Positions 12,260 through 24,240 of a DNA stretch of 64,000 nt are shown here, in pieces. The stretch is from Eledone cirrhosa (Eukaryota). Each line of letters starts with the position of its first letter. Positions within the stretch are counted from its first letter, which is position 1. Below the pieces are notes generated by a model. The model searched no databases. It was given only the letters and a program-made list of their open reading frames with translations, and was not told the DNA's origin. The position numbers and the translations under genes were made by a program. The stretch spans positions 261,826,001-261,890,000 of the forward strand of contig OZ024740.1 in assembly GCA_964016885.1 (NCBI GenBank). Reading direction: 5' to 3'.

Positions 12260-15200
12260 AGTGAGGGACTTAAAGCTTGGAGAGGAGATGGACACCACCA
12301 AGTATTCTAATGCCAACTGAAATTCCATAATATATAAAAAAGCAAATGACATGCCAGATCAGTCGAGGCCTGGAGAACCAACGACCGCTCTTAACTGCTG
12401 TTTTACACGGTGGAGGTGATCGATGTGTAACTGGGACAACGATAATGACAATGACCTCCACATGAATCTTTCTAACAAAAATACTGTTTTGAGGACATGG
12501 AACATCTGCACCCTATATGCTTGTGGAAAGATGAAAGAACTCACATTCGAACTTGACAGATACACATGGGATATCTTAGGGTTAGCTGAAGTCAGGTGGA
12601 CTGGTTTGGCGAGACAAATACAGATGAAGGCCACAAACTGTGTGTAGTACAGCAGAGATGACACCAAGCCCGATCACAGAGTGGGATTCATCGTTAACAA
12701 AACCAGAGTGAGCTCAGTCATCAACAGCTGTACACCAGTATCCAGCAGACTCATCACAATGCGTGTGGCTGCAAGGCTATCATACCATCATACAAGCCTA
12801 TGCACCAACACTCGATTAAGACGATGACGCTGTTGAAGAGTTCTAGGAAGATCTGGAGAAAATCATTAGGACAGCTCCAGAAAAAGACATCCCCATAATC
12901 TTAGGAGACTGGAATGCCAAAGTAGGCCTGTGTGCTTATGACCAATGGGCTGGGACAGTTGGACGATTTGGAGTTGAAGAAACAAATGAACGTGGACTCC
13001 ACCTCCTAGAATTTGCTAACACTTACAAGTTGACACTAGCTAACATACTGTTTCCACACAAGACCTCACGGAGAACAACATGACATGCACTCAACGGTAG
13101 GACTAACAACCAAATTGACTTTCTCCTCGCACCTCAAAAGTTTAAGTCCAGTATCAATAAGGTCAGAACTAGGACCTTCCTTGGTGCAGATGTCAACAGT
13201 GATTATTATTTGGTTCTGATGACACGAAAGCTCAAACTGAAGAAAATCCATAAAAAGAGAGCTACACATATCAGTTTTGATGTAGACAAACTAAGAGATC
13301 CTAGTGTTGCAGAGATGTTTGATGCAGATATTAACTCCTTAACCCGTTAGCATTTAAACCAGCCATATACGACCTCTTTCTGTTTAAATCAACTGTAATC
13401 GACCGCTCATACTGATATTAAGGTTTTGTTCTCAAAACAAATAACATGAAAATCTCGTAGCTTCGATATCATGTGAGATAATTATGTGAGATAAAGCCTT
13501 TACCATGAAAATACAATAGTAAATATAGAGTAATGTAAATGCTAAAGGGTTAATCGACAACATCAAGGAAACACTTCATGAAACAGCTTTAGAAGTGCTG
13601 GGTAGAAAGGGAAGGAAAAATAAACCATGGGTCACTGATGACATCTTGGACCTATGTGATCTAAGACTTGAGAAAGACTTGAGAAAGACCATGAGACAAG
13701 TGAACAATAACAGGCGGTGAATAGGAAGGTCAGGAAGAAAATGAGGGAAGCCAAAGAGAAGTAGATATCAGAGGGTGTAAAAACATCGAAGCTGGAATAA
13801 AAAAGGGTATCAGCAAGGCTACTTAAGAAACCATCCAAATGCTAACGAAAAGAAAGCAATACACCATCACTGCCATTGAGGACAAAACTGGCTTGCTCCT
13901 CACTGACAAGGCCCATGTCATCAAAAGATGGATTGAGTATTGCGAAAAACCTTTATAATCACAACATCAGACATGACATCAACATCCTGGACAATTCCAC
14001 CTATAAGAACAATGAAATTGAGGATACTCCAATTCTTCAGGAGGAAGTCGAAGAGGCAGTGCACATGCTTAAAGATGGTAAATCCCCTGGAGTCGATAAC
14101 ATTCCATCAGAGCTCCTAAAACACGGTGGGCCAAAACTTATCAAGGCACTGACAGTTACCTGTCAGAAGATAAGGGAAACAAAGAAGTGGCGACAGGTGT
14201 GGACCCAATCACTGATGATACCCATCAAAAGGAAACCTCAGACTGCCACAACTACAGAACAATCAGCCTAATTAGCCACCCCAGTAAAGTACTGCTAAGA
14301 ATTCTTCTAAACAGATTTAAGGGAAAGGCAGAGGAAATAGTGACAGAAGAACAGGCAGGATTCAGGCTGAAAAGTAGTACAACAGAGCAGATATTTAACA
14401 TCAGATGATATGACCTCTATCATAACTTCATTAACTTTAAAAAAAACCTTTGACCGTGTTTGGCATGAGGGTTTGTGGAAGGTGATGAACGATTACTACT
14501 TTGATACCAATCTTATTGAAGTAATCACAAGACCGTATGACAAATCAAATAGGGCAATTATCCAGAATAAAAATATTGGAGAATTCTTTAGAACAACAAT
14601 GAGGGTTCGACAGGGGTGTCTCCTTTCTCCAGTGATTTTCAACATTTCCTGGGAAACATCATGCAAGAGATTCTATTTCCAACCTTCTATTTGCTGATGA
14701 TATTGATCTGTTAGGAAGCAGTGAAGCAGAACTCTAGGAGCTCACTTCCAGACTGGAAAAAGTATCAAGAGCATATGGAATAGAGATCAGCTCAGAAAAG
14801 AGCAAGATTCTGGTTATTAGAACTAATCAGAATACAGCAACCAACAACATGCTGAACGATGGAAGACTAGAAGAAGTGGAAACCTTCAAGTACATGGGAT
14901 CCACTCAGACCAAAGATGAGAGATCTCAAAAGGAGATATTGACAAGACTCGCCCTGGCTACTTCTGCTATGGTAAAGCTTAATGTCATATGTAAAAGCAA
15001 CTCAATCAGTTTTTCAACGAAGCTCAAACTATATGTGTCCTTGATGACTTCAATCCTTTTGTATGCGTATAAGAGTTAGATTCTGACTGCAGACATAGGA
15101 CGAAGAATCAAATGATTTGAGCACAAGTGCTTCAGAAAATTGCTACACATCCCATATACGGAGCACTAATCAAACAGTTTTGTCAGGCACCAACTTAACA

Positions 15201-15510
15201 AATATGGTGGTAGACAGGAACCACTCCTTGCAACAGTGAAAAGACGCAAGCTTGCCTGGTATGGCTATATATCTTGCCACAACTCCTTGTCCAAAACCAT
15301 CCTTCGAGGCACAGTAGAGGGGGTGGGGGGTGGCTAAGAAAAAGCAGACAAAGAAAACCCTGGTCTGACAACATCAAAGACTGGACTAGTACAACGCAGA
15401 GACCCTTCTATGCATGACGGAGAATAGAGACAAGTGGCGACAACTGAGAGCAAAAGCATCTAGAGTGGCACCCCAACGTCTGACTGCACCAGTTCCGGGA
15501 CATGATGAGG
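12260..15510 (+). mobile_element. Degenerate RTE-clade LINE (APE + RT)
   Basis: TWNICTL...DILGLAEVRW, GDWNAKVG, KSPGVDNIPSELLK, NYRTISLISHPSK, VRQGCLLSP, FADDIDL; many stops. 5' boundary approximate. Confidence 0.9.
13343..13549. mobile_element. piggyBac-type MITE inside the RTE LINE
   Basis: TTAA|CCCGTTAGCATTTA...TAAATGCTAAAGGG|TTAA. Removing it restores the LINE frame DINSLIDNIKETLHE. Confidence 0.9.
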
Positions 15511-16035
15511 ATATATTTAAATATTTTCCTAGGAAAATATATTTCATTCTCTGCTCACATGTATTGAGTGCTCATCATGTTAATGTCCGAACATTCTATG
15601 TATACATATGTTTAAATAGTGAGTTGTCTGGGCGAGTTGTACCTTTACTGGAAACGGTATATTAAAGCTCAAACATATCCGGAGTTATCTCTCAAAGTTT
15701 TCATTAATATAATATGGAAATATTGAGTAATATTATTTTTCACTCTCACGGAACATTTGTTTTTCAGTTAGCAGCATAATACTCTATTCATTAGATACGC
15801 TTTCGTTAAGTATGCAGGCATTCTATATTTCTCGCTTGTGCGGTTATAAAACAGGGTTTTACTTGTTTTAAGTAAACGCATTCGTTTGATTACTATGGGG
15901 TGCACAAATTAATCTAACATAACCATTCGTCGTAATATATCATGCTGAGCAAGCGAACGGAGTCTAGCGGACGACGACAGCGAAACATCGAATCTAAGGT
16001 AATTAAAATCGAATGAACAATTGCATGAAATGCAA

Positions 16036-16177
16036 CTAATTTTTGCCAGCAGAGTAAACTGGAGCAACATGAAATAAAATGTCTTGTTCAAGGAAACACA
16101 ACGCGCCGCCGGGAATCGAGCTCACAACTTTACAATCGTGTGCCGAATACCGTAACCACTAACAAACGCCCCTTCAG
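16036..16177 (-). mobile_element. tRNA-derived SINE fragment
   Basis: TTAGTGGTTA A-box, GCTCGATTCCC B-box-like, followed by TGTGTTTCCTTGAACAAGACA. Confidence 0.7.
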
Positions 16178-16267
16178 AAACACATACACGCAGGTACGTA
16201 CGCACGCGCATACACAAACACATAGAAACGCACACACACACACATATATATACATATATATATATAT

Positions 16268-16391
<124 letters not shown>

Positions 16392-16594
16392 TTAAGTATA
16401 CTATTTATGCTTATGTATGTAATAAAACCTTTTATGGTTATATATTTTTTATACAAACCCTAAATAGTGAAAGATATTCATTAATTACTATCTTATTACC
16501 AGTAAGATAAATAGCTCAATGTAATAACATCGGTTGTTTTACAGAGCGGTTATATAGAGATTATAATAATCAAAGTTCAGTTTAAATCATTTAT

Positions 16595-16643
16595 TTGCTT
16601 ACAATTGTTTCCTCCAAACCGAGGTTTGGATTCTTCGGAGCAA
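16595..16643 (-). ncRNA. Hammerhead ribozyme, CCGAAGA core variant
   Basis: Inverted copy of 20910-20958 with a CUCG loop. Confidence 0.7.
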
Positions 16644-17712
16644 CTATTTAGTGATCTATAACATACTTGACCAACACAAGAGACATATAAAAACATATGC
16701 ACATATTGACCCACAGTGGGATGACATCCATCAAAATGATATAGCTATAGCATGGCAATTTACATATAAAGGTTAAAGGATAAAAAAAAAAATAAAAAAA
16801 AAAAATAAAAAAAAAATAAATAAAAAAAAAAAATAAAAATAAAAAAAAAATAAAAATAAAAATAAAAATAAAAATAAAAATAAAAATAAAAATAAAAATA
16901 AAAATAAAAATAAAAATAAAAATAAAAATAAAAATAAAAATAAAAATAAAAATAGAAATAGAAATAAAAATAAAAATAAAAATAAAAATAAAAATAAAAA
17001 TAAAAATCAAGCATTGGCAGTTTATGAAGATAAAGCAAGAGGAGAGTTTAGAGCATGGCCTCAGCCGGATGGCTGAAACAGGTAAAAGAGTAAAAGAGTA
17101 GTCAGTGTATGAAAGAATCTCACGTGAAGCATGCACGCGTGTCTTATTTATACAGGATTAGAGGGCCGCAGATTGTTACTTGCAGGGTCAGGCAGTTGAA
17201 GCAGGCAATCGATATTATTATGTGGGCTGAATTATTAAATCATTTTTTCGCATACACCTGTATGATATACAATCCCGAATGTAGAGAAACATCAAAATAT
17301 CAAAATATCAAACATATTATCAAACATATTATAGCGTAGGCAAAACAGTACCACTGTCTTCCCGCACACCACCACTCACATAATCCATGAGACGCAATAT
17401 ATAGACCACGGGTCTATCATATAATCCAGGATGTTCAGCATATAACCAAGTTATAAACCATATCTTGTCGATTCTTAATTAATAGATCATGTTGTTTAGT
17501 TTTGTGTGATGATATTATATTCCGGAAGTGTGTGTGTGACCAAGGGGAGTTAATGCGTAAGGGGAGGTAACTAGCTAGTTTTCTTAGTTAAATTTATTAA
17601 CCTAAATTACATTAATGGTGTTTCATATAAGTGCCTATCATAACTAGAAAACTATTGCACAAAACATTCAAAACATTCATAAACATTCAAAAACTATAAC
17701 CTTAGTATTACC

Positions 17713-18990
17713 ATGGACAAAAACACCAAAAACGTCAACATCCTAGACGCCATACACTACCTAGACTCAATGATATATGCACCTTTCCACAAACCTAATG
17801 AAAAACTCATCTACGTAGATACCAAGTCTAACCACCCTAGATCTACATTAAACTCTATCTCTAAGGGAGTATCTAATAGAATCTCTCATCTATCCTATGA
17901 CATAAACACATTTAACAATAACTCGCAATATTATAATCAGGCATTAGCTAGATCAGGCCATAATACAGGGATAGAGTTCCTACCTACAAAAACGCATAGC
18001 TACAACATTATTTCACACAACATGTCCATGAGAAAATTTAATAATAGGAATAGCAACCACACACTCACTAATAGAGATGATAACAACAAAAGTAACCCAC
18101 ACCACAGAAAAATCCATAGTAACATAAAAGGAAACAAATCACCAGACATAGAGAACAGAAATAGAAGAAGAAATAATACATTTTTCAACCCTCCTTTCAA
18201 TCTAAACGTCTCTACCAACCTACCTAGGGCTTTCTTCTCACTACTGGATAAACACTTCCCATCCGGCCACAAGTACCATAGCCCTTTAAACAAAAACACT
18301 ATTAACATCTCATACTCCACTACGCCTAACTTAGCATACCACTTAGCTAGTAGCAATAAAAGAAAAATTAATTCTTACTTCCAACAAACTAAATCACAAC
18401 AGACGACAAACCTTCAAAATAACATTCAAAATAACATTATAGCAACTAACCATAATATCAATAGAAATAGTAGTATTAGTACTAGTGTAAACATTAACGC
18501 TGCAAACGACAACCCACATAACCATAACCCTATAGCTAACATCCAAACTTCTACACAGCATATTAACCGGCAGACTAACACCCAGAATAATTGTAACTGT
18601 AGATCAAATAGAACCTGCCCTTTAGATAAAAAATGCTTAACCAAGGATATCATATACTCATGTACAGTCACAACTAACAACTCTTCTGAAACATATATAG
18701 GCTCTACTTCTAACTGCTTCAAAACTAGATACAATTCGCACCTCCACTCTTTCAAAAAACACAGTCTAGCTACATACACTATCTGAAAACTAAAAATAAA
18801 ATATATACACTTAAATGGGAAGTGGTAGGTAGTGCAACATCGTACAAACCACCTAATAAATTGTGTATCCTCTGTCTACTAGAGACCCATACTATCATCT
18901 TCTCTAACCATAATCTCCTTAATAAATAATCAGAAGTGTTCGCATCTTGCCAACACCGCTTCCAACACTCTTTCCAAAACTTTAAACCCT
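17713..18990 (+). pseudogene. PLE RT C-terminus + GIY-YIG (Hydra-type), disrupted
   Basis: HKPNEKLIYVDTKSNHP, FNPPFNLNV, CNCRSNRTCPLDKKC, IIY...YIGST...FKTRYNSH; premature TGA at 18784, then CILC...CQH remnants. Confidence 0.88.
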
Positions 18991-20909
18991 ATATATAACA
19001 ATGTCAGACTGGAACCGTCACCACCCCTAGCATTTAGCATCAGTAGCACACCTTACACCTCATCTCCACACCCATTTATATACTCTAAAGCTAATAGTGG
19101 TAACATTATAGTACCATCTACCCTGGGGATACCCCCATGTACTTCTAATTCTGATATCTTGGCCGTGGATTACTTAAACTGCATTGCACAAGTATATGAT
19201 TAATATAAACTGTAGACACTGTATTGGTTGTGCAAACATAATCCTGTGCATGGAGAGCCACCATGAGATAGATTGATGATTAAGTAAGTAATCTTATTAT
19301 TATGCGACTATATATTCTATACGAAGAGTACAATGAATTATGCACAGGTGATACATGAGTTAGGAGTTTCTGTGTTGCTTGATGACCTGATTAGTATCTT
19401 TTGATGAGAGAACTGGTCCCCGGACCACCCTGGTGATATTTGAATTTACCAGGGATGCAGTAATACAATGACCCGAAACTTGCCGGGAGTCTTGTATGAT
19501 AATAAGACCCTTATTAGTAATAAGACCCTTATTAGTAGTGAGACCCATATAATTAATTTTGAAATTTTGAACTCTGACTCTTCTTATAGATTGTCCAGGT
19601 GTGGCACTCCATATTAGATTGTAATCATCATGATATGAACTCCTTTAGTACTTATCAATAGACTCCACTCTAATCTGTAGATAAGATACCTAATTTAATT
19701 TATATATGAGATGGGAGTTTATGTATTGCTTGATGGCCAGACTAGTGTCTTTATATGAGAGAATTGATCTCCGGACCACCCTGGAGATATTCAAATTTGA
19801 CAAGGATTCAGACATACAATGACCCAGAGCTTACCGGGAGTGATATATAATAATAGGACCATGCCAGGTCCTGCGGGTGGAATACACTTACAAAGAACAT
19901 TGATTTGGAGGTCTGACTCTTCTTATAGAATGTTCAGATATGACACCCCTTAATAGAAGGTAATCATCCTTATATATACACCTTTAGTACCTCTTAATAG
20001 ACAACACTGTAACCTATAGATAAGTAACATAATCTAGAAATTAGTTATAACATCATATGATAGGCACTTATTTGAAACACCATTAATGTAATTTAGGATA
20101 ATAAATTTAACTAAGAAAACCAGCTAGTTACCTCCCTTTACGCATTAACTCCCCTTGGTCACACACACACTTCCGGGATATAATATCATCACACAAAACT
20201 AAACAACATGATCTATTAATTAAGAATCGACAAGATATGGTTTATAACTTGGTTATATGCTGAACATCCTGGATTATATGATAGACCCGTGGTCTATATA
20301 TTGCGTCTCATGGATTATGTGAGTGGTGGTGTGCGGGAAGACAGTGGTACTGTTTTGCCTACGCTATAATATGTTTGATAATATGTTTGATATTTTGGTG
20401 TTTCTCTACATTCGGGATTGTATATCATACAGGTGTATGCGAAAAAATGATTTAACAATTCAGCCCACATAATAATATTGATTGCCTGCTTCAACTGCCT
20501 GACCCTGCAAGTAACAATCTGCCGCACTCTAATCCTGTATAAATAAGACACGCGTGCATGCTACACGTAAGATTGTTTCATACACTGACTACTCTAAACT
20601 TTCCTCTTGCTTTATCTTCATAAACTGCCAATGCTTCATTTTTATTTTTATTTTTATATTTATTTTTATTTTTATTTTTATTTTTATTTTTATTTTTATT
20701 TTTATTTTTATTTTTATTTTTATTTTTATTTTTATTTTTATTTTTATTTTTATTTTTATTTTTATTTTTATCCTTTAACCTTTATATGTAAATTGCCATG
20801 CTATATCATTTTGATGGATATCATCCCACTGTGGGTCAATATGTGCATATGTTTTTATATGTCTCTTGTGTTGAAAAGGAGGTCAAGTATGTTATAGATC
20901 ACTAAATAG

Positions 20910-20958
20910 TTGCTCCGAAGAATCCAAACTTCGGTTTGGAGGAAACAATTGTAAGCAA
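20910..20958 (+). ncRNA. Hammerhead ribozyme, CCGAAGA (U4C) core variant
   Basis: UUGCU-CCGAAGA-A UCCAAAC UUCG GUUUGGA G-GAAA-CAAUUG-UA-AGCAA. Confidence 0.75.
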
Positions 20959-20988
20959 ATAAATGATTTAAACTGAACTTTGATTATT

Positions 20989-21132
<144 letters not shown>

Positions 21133-21721
21133 CATAATTTCTTTCAAATAACTTTTTTCTTCATAAACATCACAATACTATAATTTTTACTTTCCTATGT
21201 CCCTAAATATATGTAGGCAGTCAGAAAATTACAACAATCGTTAATTAAAGAAATTTAGAAAGAATGTAAAAAATCTCAATGACAACAACAACATTTACAA
21301 CGATAATATTCTTGGTTTAAGTCCATTTTCAAAATGTATTGCTAATTCCCTCTAAAGCAGTGTTGGCTGGCGGCCTTGGAATCTCATTTATGAGTCATTT
21401 ATTCAATTAGTGGTTCACCAGATTTTACAAGACAGGAAATCTAATATATTCTATTAATATCTCATATTAAGCCAAAAGAAATGGCTTTAAGTTGTACAAA
21501 AATACCCAAACAAATCAAATAAATAAATATATAAGTAAATTAATAAAAATTAAAAGCAAAAACAGCCTCACCCCTTTTTTTCCTCTCTCAGTCTCTGAAT
21601 ATTTATGTAAGTATAACAATGTGGGCATATGCGTATGTACGTACTTACGTACGACAGATAGATAGATTGGTATATATATATAGATAGAAGGTTAGATCGA
21701 TAGATAGGTAGATAGATAGAT

Positions 21722-24203
21722 AACTTTCTTTTTATTTGCCACCAGGGCATCAAAGAGTGAGACAAGTACAATGGGGGGAGTTTACATAAAAAGGCGTCCT
21801 CAATAAGGAGGAGGCAATAACAAAATATAAAAAATAATATATAAAATATAACAAAAATAAATTTAATAACAAAATCCCAATAGGGAGGAGGCGCCTTGGG
21901 AGGTCGCACACACCCCCGAAAAAACTGTGCAACCCTTCTCCTCAGGAGCACAGAGAGGGGGTGCTCCCTTGATCTTTCATCTTCCTCACCTATAGTCTGA
22001 TGTAGAGTGAAGGCCCATTCACACAGGCCATTCTCGCCACTTTCACCCATCTTTCATAAAAACGACTGGGGTGCAGCACCTCTCTCTCCATCCTGATCCT
22101 TCTTCCGAAATGATATCGGAAGAAACGGACCAGTTGTTGGCCAGAGAGAAAGGTGTCTGACCTCAGTCCTTTCAGACGCGTCCACCATACAACCTCTTTC
22201 GCCATGGCTATTACGCACAGAAACACCGCCCCTCCTTCATTTTTGAAGAGGGGAGGCGGCATGATCGTTACAATAGACTCGGTGGTCAACCGGATCGGTC
22301 CCACCCGTAACAGCAGTCGTTCGACATAGCCCCACAGATCAGCAATGCCCGAGCAGTGTACCAATGCGTGTGCAACGGTTTCCTCGTCGCACACGCATCT
22401 GGGACAGATCTTTTTCGAGGGGTCACTACTCGGGCGCCCGTGTCTGTAGAGCCTTTCTCGAACAGGCAGAGCCCCTCGGTAGCACTGCCAGGCCAGGGAC
22501 CTCTGTAAGTTATCCATAGGTCCCGGGCTGAATGTCCTACCGAACAGGTTGGCCAGTTCGTTTTCCTCCATGCCTAGGGCTTCTCCGAGGGCATCGTCGC
22601 ACCTGCTAACCACCAGCCCTCTATAGAATGACGAGGTAGATTCTCCACTGACAGCCGGGTCCTCCTGCCAGAGAGTCGTGAGCGCCTGGGCACACTCGGT
22701 GTGCCAGGCGCCCAGTTTTCTCGGTCTTTGCTTGACCCAGGATTGCAGCTTGGTGAGCGAGACGAGTCTGGGAAAGGTTCGCCCCACAAACGGGGGCCAC
22801 ACCGGTTGACAGGTGAGGAATACCTCGAGGTGCCGTAGCCTTAATGCGTGTTTATGCATCATCAGACACACATCCCCAGCCCTCCTTTCGAAGGGTGTTG
22901 ACAGCAGATGGATCTCCTCACCATAGGAGCCCGTTTCTCCCAAAGGAATTGGAAGAGTGCGCGCTCCATTTTGGCGAGCGTTTCCCTTGGGCAAGGCACC
23001 ACGGTCAGGCGATAGTAGATGACGGACGCTATATAAGTGTTCGCCACCTCCGCCCGACCTTTCAGGGACAGTTTGCACTCGGCCCACTTCTGGGTCAGTG
23101 CAAACACCCTGTTCGTTACCTCACCCCAGTTCTTCACCACCTGGAGATCTGGTCCGAACCAGACCCCGAGCAACTTCACCGGGCCCTCCGTCCAGCGCCC
23201 GACGACGCCATCGGAGGGCATCGATTTGCCCCTCCACATGCCGAGTTGCAGACCGACCCACTTGTCCCGGTTCAGCTTAGCCCCTGTAAACCTTTCGTAC
23301 CCTCCAGTAAGGTGCCGATCTCCCCGATTTCCGAGGCCGTCGACACCATTACTGTTACGTCATCGGCGTAGGCTGAGACCGCTTTCCGCAATCCCGGTTC
23401 CAACGGGATGCCCTGAAACAACTCCAACTTACGCAGCAGTTTCTCTAGAGTCATTACATACAGAAGGGAGGAGAGAGGGCACCCTTGTCGGATGGACCGC
23501 GTGATTTCGAACGGCTCCGAGAGGTAGCCGTTCACCTTGACCCTGGAGCAGATGCGGCTGCTGTGTATGGCTTTGATCCAGCCCCTGAAAACGGGTCTGA
23601 AGCCTGCCGCCGCTAGCACCGCATCCAGGTAACCATGATCGACCCTATCGAACGCCTTAGATGTATCCAAGTTGATCAGGGCCCCACCAAAGACGAGGGT
23701 TCGTTCCCAACACTCTCTATGATGTATCGCATGAGGTGGAGGTTGTCGTGGATGGACCTGGATGGGATAGCACATGTCTGCGCATCTCCCACCAGGTTGC
23801 CCACGACAAGCGCCAACCTCTTTGCTAGCACCTTGGCCAAAATCTGTAACACTGTATTTAGCAGAGTTATGGGCCTGAAATTATTTATATAGTCCCCCTT
23901 GTTCTCGTCCTTCCTCATTAGCGTGACTACGCCCTTGGTCACAGCACAGGGAATTCTCCCGTTCTGTTGCCAGTTGCAGTAGACCGCCTCGAGGAGATCG
24001 GGGAACAAGTCCGGCATAGCTAGATATAGTTCGTATGGAAGACCATCGAGACCCGGGGATTTGCGTTTGCCGCATTGGCTCAGCACGTCCTCTACCTCAG
24101 CGGCTGAAATCGGCTCCTCGCAGGACTTCGCCACCCTGTCCGAGAGACGAGGCAGGCCGTCGAGGTATGGACCGAAGTCCACTTCCCCAACCGGCTACAA
24201 CCG
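21722..24203 (-). mobile_element. 5'-truncated Tx1/L1-clade LINE (RT + C-terminal Cys/His motif), frameshifted
   Basis: KSPGLDGLPYE, NFRPITLLN, SKAFDRVDH, SIRQGCPLS, YADDVTV, CPRC...ETVAHALVHC; AATAAA then (TCTA)n. Confidence 0.92.
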
Positions 24204-24240
24204 GTAGATAGATAGATAGATAGATAGAGAGGTAGATAGA

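Noticed and set aside
16036-16177. tRNA genes at A/B-box sites
   Set aside because: No cloverleaf; the boxes are followed by SINE body sequence and are degenerate.
18784-18786. In-frame TGA as selenocysteine (as in Naiad PLEs)
   Set aside because: It aligns with the conserved Trp of IWxLK, lies beside a deletion and a frameshift, and the element has a C-terminal endonuclease.
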